Positions 1-10,272 are shown, counted from the first letter of the stretch. The stretch is 64,000 nt of DNA from Thermodesulfobacteriota bacterium (GCA_964291405.2 OZ219926.1:1088001-1152000); one strand, 5' to 3'. Numbers and translations are program-made. The notes: generated from the letters alone by a model not told the origin.

Positions 1-286
1 CGGTGTTGCCGGTTCCCACGCCTAATTCAACCCGGCCGGGAGCAAGTTGGTTGATGGTCGCAATCGAATGGGCAATGGTCGGGGCTATGCGCGTCGTCGG
101 TACGGCCACGCCGGTTCCGAGTCGGATCGTGGAGGTCTTATGTGCGGCCAGGGCCATGGTCGCATAGACGTCCGAGTAGATCATCTGCGAATCGTAAAAC
201 CAGGCCTGGCTATAGCCCAGCCGCTCGGCCAATTCGATCAGTTCAAAATCGCCAACCCGCGAAGGAAAGGTCACCCCAAAATCCAT
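1..286 (-). CDS. LLM-class flavin-dependent oxidoreductase, 5' part (runs off the window edge)
   Basis: Not in the ORF track. Manual translation from ATG at 286 (RBS GAGGAG upstream) gives MDFGVTFPSRVGDFELIELAERLGYSQAWFYDSQMIYSDVYATMALAA...LGTGVAVP...AHSIATINQLAPGR, a clear paralogue of 56646..57707. Confidence 0.9.
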   Translation of the reverse strand, partial: MDFGVTFPSRVGDFELIELAERLGYSQAWFYDSQMIYSDVYATMALAAHKTSTIRLGTGVAVPTTRIAPTIAHSIATINQLAPGRVELGVGTGNT

Positions 287-394
287 CAGCTTCTCCTCTT
301 CGAGTGGAATGCCGCATGCATATCGGGACAGCGGGCCGAGGTCCAGCCGCAGGGCATTATGTCTGGCGTGATATTGATCTCCGGTAGGGCAATC

Positions 395-424
395 TTGACG
401 AATAGTAAACAAATTGTTTATCGT
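395..424 (+). promoter_or_regulatory. Putative higBA promoter with palindromic operator
   Basis: TTGACG (395-400) and TATCGT (419-424), with the inverted repeat TAAACA-AAT-TGTTTA (406-420) in between, directly upstream of higB. Confidence 0.55.
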
Positions 425-429
425 TACCT

Positions 430-711
430 GTGATTCGTTCGTTCCGTGATACTGAGACGGAAAAAATCTTCAGGCGTCGATTCGTCCGCACACTTCCGCG
501 CAGTATTCAACAGCGAGCGTTTATGAAACTCAACGCAATCGATGCCGCCCTCAGCCTGGAGGACCTACGCCTTCCCCCTTCGAATCGGCTGGAAGCCCTG
601 AAAGGGAACCGAAAAGGACAACACAGCATTCGTATTAATGCCCAATGGCGTATCTGCTTTGTCTGGCACGCTGGACATGCGGAGCACGTTGAGATCGTGG
701 ATTACCACTAA
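430..711 (+). CDS. higB: HigB (RelE/ParE-family) toxin
   Basis: MIRSF...PPSNRLEALKG...SIRINAQWRICF.W...VEIVDYH signature; lies upstream of the antitoxin. Confidence 0.92.
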   Translation: MIRSFRDTETEKIFRRRFVRTLPRSIQQRAFMKLNAIDAALSLEDLRLPPSNRLEALKGNRKGQHSIRINAQWRICFVWHAGHAEHVEIVDYH

Positions 712-720
712 GGAGGCAAT

Positions 721-1023
721 ATGGCCAAAGCACGTCTCGACCCGATACATCCGGGAGTCTACCTCAAAGAACTATTGGACGAGGTCGGCCTGACTCAATA
801 CCGCCTTGCGCGAGATATTGGGGTACCCGCAATGCGGATTAATTATCTCTTCCACGGGAAGCGACCGGTGACGGCAGAACTCGCCTTGCGCTTGGGACGG
901 TATTTCGGGCAAAGCCCACGTTACTGGCTGAACCTTCAGAGTCGGTACGACATGGATGTGGCCGAGGATAAGATGGGCGACCAAATTGCCCAAGAAGTTC
1001 GCCCCTTCAAGGCTGTTGCCTGA
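721..1023 (+). CDS. higA: HigA antitoxin (HTH, VapI family)
   Basis: PIHPG...LTQYRLA...VTAELALRLGRYFG.SP.YWLNLQSRYD. Confidence 0.92.
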   Translation: MAKARLDPIHPGVYLKELLDEVGLTQYRLARDIGVPAMRINYLFHGKRPVTAELALRLGRYFGQSPRYWLNLQSRYDMDVAEDKMGDQIAQEVRPFKAVA

Positions 1024-1084
1024 ATCAGTCTCGCGGGTAGAGCGTTCGAGAGCGTCCCGCTTTCTTATCTATTCGGAGCACGAC

Positions 1085-2095
1085 ATGGCTACCCGGAGCA
1101 GGATCGACCAGGCAATCGAACATCACATCAACGGTCAGTTGGACCAGGCCCTCGGACTCTACGTGCAGGCCCTCCAGGAGGACCCGCAGACCCCGGGGGC
1201 CGCTGACCTCATATCGGCCATCCTCCGGACCTATCTGGAATTGGCCCTGGCTTTGATGAAAACAGGACGCGATAAGGACGCGATCCGGAGTTTTCAGCGC
1301 GTCCTGGCCATCCAGCCCGATGAGGCTGTGGCGCATGCCTATCTCAGTCGGCTCTTCATATCGAGTAACGATTTACAACAGGCCACATATCACCTGCGCC
1401 ACTATCTGCGTCTCGTGCAGGAGGATCATATCGGAGCCAGGATGCTCCTGGCTTATACGGGCGCAGAGACGATCCCGGAGCGACCCGCACCGGCCTATAT
1501 TACGCGCCTGTATGATAATTATGCTGCCTCGTACGACCAGAAGTTGGTCAACAGCCTGCACTACCAGTGCCCGCAGTTGATTCGGGCGGCATTGGAGCGG
1601 CACTGTCAGGATAAAGTCACTATTCTTGACCTGGGCTGTGGAACCGGTTTGTGTGGCCAGGCGATCAGTTCGATGGCCACGCGCCTGGATGGTGTGGACC
1701 TGTCCCCACAGATGCTGGCCAAAGCCAGACAGCGCGCGATCTACAATGAGCTGGCAGTGGGCGACCTCTATTCCTTTCTGGAGAAAAAGGCGAATTGTTA
1801 TGACGTGATTGTTGCTGCCGGTGTATTTGAGCATATCGGCGACCCGCACCACGTCTTCCGGGCCGCGTTCGACGCACTCCGGGACTCCGGCCTGTTCATT
1901 TTCACGGCCGAGGACAACCCGACCCGGGAGCTGAGCGTGAACAGCTCAGGGTACTATATGCACGGCCGGGACTATCTTGCAGAGCGAGCGGTGCAGTGCG
2001 GATTTGCCGTCAGTTCTCTTGAGTCAGCCACGCTGCGCCTTGATAATGGCGCAGCGGTCCGGGGGCTGTGTGTCGTGCTGAGCAAGACCCCGTAA
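1085..2095 (+). CDS. TPR-containing class I SAM-dependent methyltransferase
   Basis: N-terminal helical TPR-like repeats, ILDLGCGTG motif I and GVDLS motif. Start moved to ATG 1085. Confidence 0.85.
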   Translation: MATRSRIDQAIEHHINGQLDQALGLYVQALQEDPQTPGAADLISAILRTYLELALALMKTGRDKDAIRSFQRVLAIQPDEAVAHAYLSRLFISSNDLQQATYHLRHYLRLVQEDHIGARMLLAYTGAETIPERPAPAYITRLYDNYAASYDQKLVNSLHYQCPQLIRAALERHCQDKVTILDLGCGTGLCGQAISSMATRLDGVDLSPQMLAKARQRAIYNELAVGDLYSFLEKKANCYDVIVAAGVFEHIGDPHHVFRAAFDALRDSGLFIFTAEDNPTRELSVNSSGYYMHGRDYLAERAVQCGFAVSSLESATLRLDNGAAVRGLCVVLSKTP

Positions 2096-2134
2096 CGAAC
2101 TGGCAAAGAACCGGGGGCGATGTGAGTGGTCGGT

Positions 2135-4444
2135 TTACTCAACCGTCTCTACTGGCTCAGCAGGCTCTTCTGCTTCGCTGTCTGCCGGGGTGTAGGAAAA
2201 CGTCAGCTTTTCCTCGTCAAAGTCGATCTCGACCTCGCCCCCTTCTTGGAGCTGCCCGAACAGAATCTCATCCGCCAGCACCTGCTTCACCTCGGTCTGG
2301 ATCAGGCGAGCCATCGGGCGGGCACCAAAGGTCTTGTCATAGCCCTTTTCCGCCAGATAGCGGCGCGCAGCTGGCGTTAGCGTAATGGACACTTTGCGTT
2401 CGGTGAGTTGCTCGACGAGTTCCTTCACGAACTTTTCAACCACGCGCTCAATGGCCTGCATGGGCAGGGAGCGAAAGTGTACGATGGCGTCCAGGCGGTT
2501 CCGAAATTCCGGGCTGAAGAGCTTCTCAATCGCCTGCTGATCCTTGCCTTCGTTTGAGATATTGCCAAAGCCAATGGCATGCGCCGCTATCTCACGGGCG
2601 CCGGCATTGCTGGTCATGATAATAATCACATGCCGGAAGTCGGCCTTCTTACCATTGTTATCGGTCAGGGTGGCGTGGTCCATAACCTGCAATAAGATAT
2701 TGAACAGGTCGGGATGGGCCTTTTCGATCTCGTCCAGCAGGAGAACCGCGTGCGGATTGCGCGTAACCGCGTCGGTCAACAACCCACCCTGATCGAAGCC
2801 GACGTATCCCGGAGGCGCGCCAATCAGACGCGAGACCGTATGCTTCTCCATATACTCGCTCATATCGAAGCGCAGAAATTGGAGACCCAGGGTTTCCGCC
2901 AGTTGCTTGGCGACCTCGGTTTTGCCCACTCCGGTCGGCCCCGAGAACAGAAACGAACCAACGGGTTTTTCGGGTTGGCCCAGGCCGGCGCGTGCCAGCC
3001 GAATAGCCCGCACCAGGGTTTCAATCGCCGTATCCTGGCCAAAGACCACGCCCTTGAGGTCGGCATCCAGGCTCTGCAAGCGCTCCTTGTCCGAAGCGGA
3101 AACGCTGCGGGGCGGTATGCGGGCAATCTTGGCCACAATGGACTCGATGTCGGTGTCATGAATAATCTTCTTACCGTCTTCCTCCGGAGCGGGGCGAATC
3201 TGAAAGGACGCCCCCACCTCGTCTATCACATCTATCGCTTTGTCCGGCAGAAACCGATCATTTATATATTTTGCCGACAGTTCGGCCGCGGCCTTGAGCG
3301 CGTCACGCGTGTATTCTACTCCGTGGTGTTCTTCGTAGTGGGGCTTGAGGCCGTTCAGGATTTCCACGGCGTCTTCGATGCTCGGCTCGTGGACTTCAAT
3401 TTTCTGGAATCGCCGGGCCAGGGCCCGGTCCCGTTCAAAATAACTCCGGTACTCGTGATAGGTGGTGGCGCCGATACAGCGCATCTTTCCGGACGCCAAC
3501 GCCGGTTTGAGGATATTCGAGGCGTCCATGGACCCCCCGCTGGTTGCGCCTGCTCCGACAATGGTGTGGATTTCATCGATAAACAGGATGGCCCCCGGCT
3601 GTTTATCGAGCGCTTTCAGCACGGCTTTGAGCCGTTCTTCAAACTGGCCCCGGAATTTTGTGCCGGCCAGGACTGAGCCCATATCGAGCGAGTAGATGCG
3701 GGCCTCTTTTAAGACCTCGGGCACCTCGTCCTCGGCAATCTTGAGCGCCAGCCCGTCGACAATCGCGGTCTTGCCGACCCCCGAATCGCCGACGTAGATC
3801 GGGTTGTTCTTGCGCCGCCGGCACAAGACATGAATGGTCCGCTCAATCTCGATCTCGCGACCGATTAGCGGATCAATATCCCCGTCCTTGGCCTTTTGTA
3901 CGAGATTGGTGGTAAACGCCTCAAGCGGGTCTTTGACCGGACGGGGCTCGCCGTCTTCGTCGTGGCTGTCGTGCGCAGCGCCGGACTCGGCTTCTTCATC
4001 GGACGGCGTTTTGGAAATGCCGTGCGAGATATAATTCAGCACATCAAGTCGGGTCACGCCGTGCTTCTCCAGGAGATAGACCGCGTGACTGTTGTCCTCG
4101 CGAAACAGGGCGACAAAGAAATTACGCGTCTCAATGACTTCTTTGCCCGCGGATTGCACATGAGCCGCCGCCCGCTGTAAGACCCGGTGAAAGGCCAGGG
4201 TCTGCTGGGGGTCAACCTCACCGGCATCCTCCGGCAGCGACTCCAGATTCTCTTTGAGAAATTCCTCAAGGTCGGCTTGGAGTTCTTTAACGTCTCCGCC
4301 GCACTGCCGCACAATCTCGGCTACGGTCTCATCGAACAGCAAGGCGTGCAGCACATGTTCCAAACAGAGAAACTCGTGCCGGCGGCGCCGTGCCTCGTTA
4401 ATCGCCAGACCAATCGTGACTTCCAGTTCTCGACTAATTCGCAT
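2135..4444 (-). CDS. clpA: ATP-dependent Clp protease ATP-binding subunit ClpA
   Basis: Two AAA modules (GDSGVGKT, GPTGVGKT), IGF loop (AIGFG), no ClpB middle domain, downstream of clpS. Start taken at MRISRELE. Confidence 0.95.
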   Translation of the reverse strand: MRISRELEVTIGLAINEARRRRHEFLCLEHVLHALLFDETVAEIVRQCGGDVKELQADLEEFLKENLESLPEDAGEVDPQQTLAFHRVLQRAAAHVQSAGKEVIETRNFFVALFREDNSHAVYLLEKHGVTRLDVLNYISHGISKTPSDEEAESGAAHDSHDEDGEPRPVKDPLEAFTTNLVQKAKDGDIDPLIGREIEIERTIHVLCRRRKNNPIYVGDSGVGKTAIVDGLALKIAEDEVPEVLKEARIYSLDMGSVLAGTKFRGQFEERLKAVLKALDKQPGAILFIDEIHTIVGAGATSGGSMDASNILKPALASGKMRCIGATTYHEYRSYFERDRALARRFQKIEVHEPSIEDAVEILNGLKPHYEEHHGVEYTRDALKAAAELSAKYINDRFLPDKAIDVIDEVGASFQIRPAPEEDGKKIIHDTDIESIVAKIARIPPRSVSASDKERLQSLDADLKGVVFGQDTAIETLVRAIRLARAGLGQPEKPVGSFLFSGPTGVGKTEVAKQLAETLGLQFLRFDMSEYMEKHTVSRLIGAPPGYVGFDQGGLLTDAVTRNPHAVLLLDEIEKAHPDLFNILLQVMDHATLTDNNGKKADFRHVIIIMTSNAGAREIAAHAIGFGNISNEGKDQQAIEKLFSPEFRNRLDAIVHFRSLPMQAIERVVEKFVKELVEQLTERKVSITLTPAARRYLAEKGYDKTFGARPMARLIQTEVKQVLADEILFGQLQEGGEVEIDFDEEKLTFSYTPADSEAEEPAEPVETVE

Positions 4445-4461
4445 GGTAAGGGCTCCGCTCG

Positions 4462-4785
4462 CTAGGCTTCTTCCATACTGCACTTTAAGGGAAATTCATG
4501 TTTCTTGGCTAAACTGTCAACGCGGGAGACTTTCGCCTCCGCCACCTCATAGGTATAGACACCGGCCACACCAGTTCCCTGACGATGGACGTGGAGCATG
4601 ATCTGGGTGGCCTTGGTTGCGTCGTGACGAAAGACGGACTGAAGAATATAGACCACAAACTCCATGGTCGTGTAATCATCGTTGTGCAACAGGACCTTGT
4701 AGAGCGGTGGCTTCTTGAGCTTTTTTTCCGTTTCGGTAACTGTGCCGTGGTCGAGATCCGTGTCACGATCATTCTGGTCTCTCAT
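4462..4785 (-). CDS. clpS: ClpS N-degron adaptor
   Basis: YKVLLHNDDYTTMEFV...IMLHVH..G.GVAGVYTYEVAE...FPLKC. Confidence 0.95.
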   Translation of the reverse strand: MRDQNDRDTDLDHGTVTETEKKLKKPPLYKVLLHNDDYTTMEFVVYILQSVFRHDATKATQIMLHVHRQGTGVAGVYTYEVAEAKVSRVDSLAKKHEFPLKCSMEEA

Positions 4786-5010
4786 AACACCCTCGCACTC
4801 TTCATCTACTCCTGTGTTTTCTACCGCGATCAAGTGACCTAGACAAGCAGGCAGCCGACAAAACCCTACACTCTTATCAGGGCAGGACCTCAGCGTCACC
4901 CTGAGCTGCCTGTACCAATTGCTAAGGCCGTTGCGCTTCTGGTATCCCTATTCGCACAATCCTCATACGCGCCCTGAGAAACCTGTGAGATATTTCTCTA
5001 CGGAGGTAAC

Positions 5011-7581
5011 ATGCCAGACACGTCGTCACATAGGCTGCCCGAAACCGCGACACCCGAACGGTACGTGATTCGCCTGACTCCCGATCTGACCCACTTTACT
5101 TTTACGGGTGAGGAAACGATCACCCTCACCGTTCACGAGGCCACTCACACCTTGGTCCTGAACGCCTGCGAGCTGACGATTCAGCAGGTTGCGCTTGCTG
5201 ATGAAACCGGCGCAAGCCAAGCGGGCAGCGTGACTCTCGACGAACCAAACGAGCGGGCGGTGCTCGAGTTCCCGCAGGCCATCAGCCCCGGCCACTATAC
5301 CTTGCAGATCGCGTTTGAAGGCATCCTCAACGACAAGCTGCGCGGCTTTTACCGCAGTACCTATAAGAACGCCGAGGGTGCGGACGTCATCTTGGCCTCA
5401 ACCCAATTTGAGTCCACCGACGCCCGGCGGGCCTTTCCGTGTTGGGATGAGCCGGCGGCCAAGGCCGTCTTTCAGGCAACGCTGGTGATTGATGAGGGGC
5501 TGACGGCCATCTCCAATACCGCCGTTGTGAGTGAGGACCCGCTCCCCGGGACGGGCAAGAAAGCCGTCGTGTTTGCCGACACGATAAAGATGTCTACCTA
5601 TCTGGTGGCCTTCATCGTGGGTGAGTTTGAGGCTAGCGAAGCCGTGCATATTGATGGCAAACCGCTGCGCGTGTGGGCCATACCGGGCAAACAGCATCTG
5701 ACCGCCTTCGGGCGTGCCATCGGCGCTGCGTCGCTGCAATTCTTCAGCGACTACTACGGTCGGCCCTATCCCGGTGACAAGCTCGACCTGATTGCCATCC
5801 CGGATTTCGCAGCCGGGGCGATGGAGAACTTGGGCGCCATTACGTTTCGGGAGACCGCCCTGCTCATCGATGAACAGACGGCCGCCCGGAGTGAGTTGGA
5901 ACGCGTCGCGGACGTGGTCTCACACGAGAATGCACATATGTGGTTTGGTGATCTGGTGACTATGCGCTGGTGGAACGGCCTGTGGCTCAACGAGGCGTTT
6001 GCCACGTTCATGGAAATGATGGCCGTCGATGCCTGGAAGCCCGAATGGCAGCGCTGGACCAGCTTTGCCGTCTCGCGGGCCGCGGCGCTCCAGGTTGACG
6101 GGCTGCGCAGCTCCCGCCCCATCGAGTTTCCGGTCGAACACCCGGACGAGGCCCAGGGTATGTTCGATATTCTGACCTATGAGAAAGGCGCCGCCGTTCT
6201 GCGCATGCTGGAGCAATATCTCGGCCCCCAGGCATTTCAAAAAGGCATCGGCCATTATCTCGGGAAACACGAATACGACAACGCGGAAACAACCGACCTG
6301 TGGGATGCATTAGAGGAAGCCACCCAACAGCCGGTCCGGTCCATGATGGATAGCTGGGTCTTCCAGGCCGGTTATCCCCTGATTTCCGTTGCTGTGGACG
6401 GCTCTGATCTTGTGCTGTCTCAACAGCCGTTTCACTATATGCAAAACGGCAACCGCCAGGCTGAAGACAAACGCTGGCAGGCCCCGGTTTTTATCAAAAC
6501 CAAAAGAGCTGCCGAAACCGAGACCCAGACCGCCATGCTGACCACCGGCGAACTGCGCCTGCCCCTGTCGGAGCGGCCGGACTGGGTCGTCGTCAACGCG
6601 GGCGGGTATGGCTTTTATCGGGTCCGGTATGCGCCAGACCTGCTCGACCAGCTTACCGCGGATATACACGCCCAGCTCTCTCCGATCGAGCGCTTCAACC
6701 TGATCAACGATACCTGGGCAACCGCGCAAGCCGGTCTGACGCCGCTATCCGCCTACCTCGACCTTCTGTCCGTATTCCGGGAAGAATCAGACCACAATGT
6801 GTGGGCCGCCATTCTCGGCTCGTGTCATTATCTTTACCGCCTGCTCGACCCGGAACAGCGGCCGGCCTTACAGCGTCATATCCGTGAGCTGCTCACCCCG
6901 CTCATCCAGCGGTTGGGCTGGACGCCTCAAGATGGGGAAGATGCTCTTATCGGCCAGCTCAGAGGAGATCTGCTCGGCGCTCTGGGCACCCTGGGAGACG
7001 ATACCGCCACCCAAGCGCAGGCGCGGACGCTCTATACGCAGTATCGGGCCGATCGAAACACTGTGGACCGCAATCTGGTGCCCGCGCTGGTGTCGATTCT
7101 GGCCTATACTGGCGACGCTACGACGTACGACGAATTTCGGCAGATTTCACACAACGCCGCAACACCGCAAGAAGAGCAGCGTTATCAGTTCGCGTTGGCC
7201 AGCTTCCGTCAGCCCGACCTCTTCACCCGGACCCTGGATATGACGCTCAACGGCGAGGTTCGTACCCAGAACGCGCCCTACCTCATGCGGTCGCTGTTGA
7301 TGAATACCGAGGGCCGCGAACTGGCCTGGCAGTTTCTCCAGGAACGCTGGGACGACATGCTGGAGAAATGGCCGGATGTGTCTATCGTGCGCATGTGCGA
7401 GGGGATCGTCGCGCTCGTCACACCCGAGCTTGAGGCCCAGGTCAACACCTTCTTCACCGACCACCCCGTCCCGAACGCCGGCAAGATGATGGCTCAACAC
7501 CTGGAAAAGCTGCACGTTGCGGTGGCCTGCCAGCAACGCGAGGCCAAGAACCTGCGGGAGTATTTTGAGCGGACGGGGTAG
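5011..7581 (+). CDS. pepN: M1-family zinc aminopeptidase (puromycin-sensitive/ERAP-like C-terminus)
   Basis: GAMENLG, HENAH...LWLNEAFA (HEXXH-X18-E) and YEKG motifs. Confidence 0.9.
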   Translation: MPDTSSHRLPETATPERYVIRLTPDLTHFTFTGEETITLTVHEATHTLVLNACELTIQQVALADETGASQAGSVTLDEPNERAVLEFPQAISPGHYTLQIAFEGILNDKLRGFYRSTYKNAEGADVILASTQFESTDARRAFPCWDEPAAKAVFQATLVIDEGLTAISNTAVVSEDPLPGTGKKAVVFADTIKMSTYLVAFIVGEFEASEAVHIDGKPLRVWAIPGKQHLTAFGRAIGAASLQFFSDYYGRPYPGDKLDLIAIPDFAAGAMENLGAITFRETALLIDEQTAARSELERVADVVSHENAHMWFGDLVTMRWWNGLWLNEAFATFMEMMAVDAWKPEWQRWTSFAVSRAAALQVDGLRSSRPIEFPVEHPDEAQGMFDILTYEKGAAVLRMLEQYLGPQAFQKGIGHYLGKHEYDNAETTDLWDALEEATQQPVRSMMDSWVFQAGYPLISVAVDGSDLVLSQQPFHYMQNGNRQAEDKRWQAPVFIKTKRAAETETQTAMLTTGELRLPLSERPDWVVVNAGGYGFYRVRYAPDLLDQLTADIHAQLSPIERFNLINDTWATAQAGLTPLSAYLDLLSVFREESDHNVWAAILGSCHYLYRLLDPEQRPALQRHIRELLTPLIQRLGWTPQDGEDALIGQLRGDLLGALGTLGDDTATQAQARTLYTQYRADRNTVDRNLVPALVSILAYTGDATTYDEFRQISHNAATPQEEQRYQFALASFRQPDLFTRTLDMTLNGEVRTQNAPYLMRSLLMNTEGRELAWQFLQERWDDMLEKWPDVSIVRMCEGIVALVTPELEAQVNTFFTDHPVPNAGKMMAQHLEKLHVAVACQQREAKNLREYFERTG

Positions 7582-7590
7582 CGTGGGTCA

Positions 7591-7845
7591 ATGAAGCAAC
7601 GGAAATTACGTTATCACTATGATCGTGAAGCGGATGTCATGTATTTTTACTTCCATCGTCCGCGAAAGGCTAAAACCGTGGAATTGAATGCAGACTTTTT
7701 GCTGCGGCTTGACCCGGTAACTGAAGAAGTCGCCGGTCTGACCGTCATCAGCTTCTCGCAACATTTTTCGTTCTTACAAGGGAAGGTGCCGGATGACGGG
7801 GAAGTAGAAACCAAGACAATTATCAAGACCCTGCTGGCGGCCTGA
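7591..7845 (+). CDS. DUF2283-like small protein
   Basis: YHYDREADVMYFYF...TVEL..DFLLRLD..T.EVAGLTVI pattern. Confidence 0.7.
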   Translation: MKQRKLRYHYDREADVMYFYFHRPRKAKTVELNADFLLRLDPVTEEVAGLTVISFSQHFSFLQGKVPDDGEVETKTIIKTLLAA

Positions 7846-7908
7846 GTCCCGGAGTTGCGCACCCCTATGCGAGGTTAAGGAGACCTCTTGCACCGTAAAG
7901 ATGTTCCG

Positions 7909-8288
7909 ATGAGTGAGTTTGTTATCTGTATCGACAGCGAGAGTAACCCGGCTAGAGCAGTTTCCTCCGTGGTGTAGCGAGGTGCTCTCCAGAGTTCCGT
8001 AGGGTGCATCCCATGCACCACCTTTCCCCGGTGCGCAGGGCGCCCCCTACGTATCAGGAAACGCGCGGAGGCCGTTGGACGCTACACTAATGTGAATTTT
8101 GCTCTAGTCTGATCGTGGGGAAAGTCTACCGTACTCTGTCTGACGCTGAGGCCCGGACACGCGGCCTCCTCAGGGTTTTGGATGAAGATACGTCGGAGCC
8201 AGATGGATATCTCTATCCGGCCTCCATATTTGCACCGGTTGACCTGCCTGAGGCAGCAAAGAGAGCTTTAACCGCAGCGTGTGTTTGA
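7909..8288 (+). pseudogene. Small hypothetical protein (~75 aa) interrupted by a MITE
   Basis: Removing 152 bp (7956-8107) restores the ORF MSEFVICIDSESNPA|SLIVGKVYRTLSDAEARTRGLLRVLDEDTSEPDGYLYPASIFAPVDLPEAAKRALTAACV*. Confidence 0.75.
7952..8107. mobile_element. MITE with CTAGAGCA...TGCTCTAG ends carrying a GTAG-type REP doublet
   Basis: CTAG duplicated at 7952-55 and 8104-07; inner inverted repeat GTGTAGCG/CGCTACAC; central CGTAGGGTGCATCCCATGCACC...GGTGCGCAGGGCGCCCCCTACG. Confidence 0.75.
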
Positions 8289-8325
8289 GTCTAAGGGCTG
8301 TCGGATTACGCGGTGCTAATCCGAC

Positions 8326-10272
8326 CTACATATCTAAAACTTTTTTCTTATCTGTGGTGGTTTCACGTTTCGACATAACTGTCCCCCTCCCTTCGGACTC
8401 AGCCTGATATTTCTTCTTTATCGATGTGCCATACGCCTGAGCAGCGGCATAAAAGTCTCCTTGGTTGGCAAAGTCCCCAAGCTGTACACGTTTCATATGT
8501 GTTCTGTTATCGTCGAGTTCGACCACACACTCGACAAATCCTGTTAAGGCTTCGGGATTGCTAGGAGTCCAGCCTTGATCCTTCAAGTCAGGAATGCTGA
8601 AGACGTCCGAACGGAGCAGGGGTTTAGCAGCGGTGGTTATCTGTTTGCTCTGGTCCCGGCGCTCCGTCAACCAAGCGTCGAACTCCTCCTGGCTGATGCT
8701 CGTCTCCTGCCAGAACGCGGCCTGATCGTAGGACAGTTCCCGGAAGCGGCGCAGCAGGAAGTCGCGGTCCAGAAAGGCCAGCAGGTTACCTGCCTTGGGG
8801 CCGGAGTCGCGGTCGAGCAACGTCCGATAGATAGCCTGAAAGGCGCGAGCCGGCGCGAGCGGCGTGAGACGCGCGGTGTCGAATAACGCGGCCTGCAAAG
8901 CGTTATCGTCCTGCGGAATATCGGGCAGGCGGGCGGCGAATTGGTGCAGAAAGGCGCGCTGGCTGGCGGTCAGCTCTGCTGCTCGCTCCGGTAGCGTCTC
9001 CTGCAAGACGATCCGCTCCTCAGGACTGGCGTAATGCTCCAGCCAGTAGCGGGCCGCCTGGGACCGGCGTTCGAGTTGCTGCCGTTCAATGGCCGTCAGG
9101 GCCGCGCCCTTGCGCTTTTCGATCTCTCCGCTGAGGTCAAGATGCGGCAGTTGCGCTATCGTTGCGACCAGTTGAAAGTCCGCAGCGTAGAAATCATCCT
9201 CCAGGGTGGTCTGCGCCAGTTGATACACGCGCTTATCGTCTCCCGATACCTGAGGATCGCGATACGTCCGGGTATGGAATCGATCAAAGTCATTGAAAAT
9301 CTTGATAATGGATTTTTCGTCCGGAGAGAAATTTACCGGCTGCTTGGGCTGGGTACGGATCATGACGAACCGCAGGATTTCGGGCGGCAGGAAATCCGCC
9401 ATCTCCCGGGCGGAGACACCCAGTCCCTTGGACGAACTCATCTTGGCGCCGCCGACCAGAAAAAACTCGTACGGGATGTTGAGCGGTGGAGGCTGATGGA
9501 AAATTTTCCGTAAACAGGCTGCGGCTACGTCCCGAGAGCCGCCCTTTGTGGTGTGATCTTTGCCTGCGCCCTCAATCGTAATATTGAATGTTTTCCATTT
9601 TGCGGTCCATTCGAGCTTCCACGGGAGTTTGCCCTTGCCGTCAAACGGCGAAACTTTTCCCTGGTAGCCGCACCCGGAAGCCCAGGTGACGAGGTCGGGC
9701 CGACAGGTATAGGTGACTTCTTTACCGTCGTAGTCGGTGACCTCGGTCGTGCCAATGCGTCCGCACTGTTCACACACGGTCTGGAAGGGATACCAGTTAT
9801 CCGATCGCTCGGACTTACTGACCTCTTTATATACGCGTCGGACTGTCGCGGCGTTACGTAAAATATCATCAATGGCCTCGTTGAATTGACCCGAGCGATA
9901 GATATCGCGCATCCGGTAGGTCTCGGCCTCGACATCCAGGTCACGGAATACACTGAAAAAATCCTGAATATAGTGCTCGGAGATATCGGAAAAGGACGAG
10001 CCGGGCGGGGGCGGCACCTGACATAGCGGCGCGCCGAGATAGGGTCGAAAGAATTCTTCTTCGCCGGCCGGCAGTTCATCTAATGGATCATAGTCATCAA
10101 CCCCAAAAGCATACCGGACCGGCAACCCACGGGCCTGAATAGCCCGGAAAACGACATCGTGAATGAGTACGCCCCGCAGAGCGCCAACGTGAGCTCGGCC
10201 CGAGGGGGTCTTCGAATCGTTGATCAGTTGTTCTCCCTCAACCTGGGCAGCGATTTTATCACACCAAAGCAT
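8326..10272 (-). CDS. lysS: Class I lysyl-tRNA synthetase with C-terminal extension
   Basis: TPSGRAHVG (HIGH-like), DDYDPL, CEQCG, GKLPWKLEW, GAGKDH and KMSSSKG motifs. Confidence 0.92.
   Translation of the reverse strand: MLWCDKIAAQVEGEQLINDSKTPSGRAHVGALRGVLIHDVVFRAIQARGLPVRYAFGVDDYDPLDELPAGEEEFFRPYLGAPLCQVPPPPGSSFSDISEHYIQDFFSVFRDLDVEAETYRMRDIYRSGQFNEAIDDILRNAATVRRVYKEVSKSERSDNWYPFQTVCEQCGRIGTTEVTDYDGKEVTYTCRPDLVTWASGCGYQGKVSPFDGKGKLPWKLEWTAKWKTFNITIEGAGKDHTTKGGSRDVAAACLRKIFHQPPPLNIPYEFFLVGGAKMSSSKGLGVSAREMADFLPPEILRFVMIRTQPKQPVNFSPDEKSIIKIFNDFDRFHTRTYRDPQVSGDDKRVYQLAQTTLEDDFYAADFQLVATIAQLPHLDLSGEIEKRKGAALTAIERQQLERRSQAARYWLEHYASPEERIVLQETLPERAAELTASQRAFLHQFAARLPDIPQDDNALQAALFDTARLTPLAPARAFQAIYRTLLDRDSGPKAGNLLAFLDRDFLLRRFRELSYDQAAFWQETSISQEEFDAWLTERRDQSKQITTAAKPLLRSDVFSIPDLKDQGWTPSNPEALTGFVECVVELDDNRTHMKRVQLGDFANQGDFYAAAQAYGTSIKKKYQAESEGRGTVMSKRETTTDKKKVLDM

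Noticed and set aside
47-433. 128-aa plus-strand ORF
   Set aside because: Antisense shadow of the minus-strand LLM gene (1..286).
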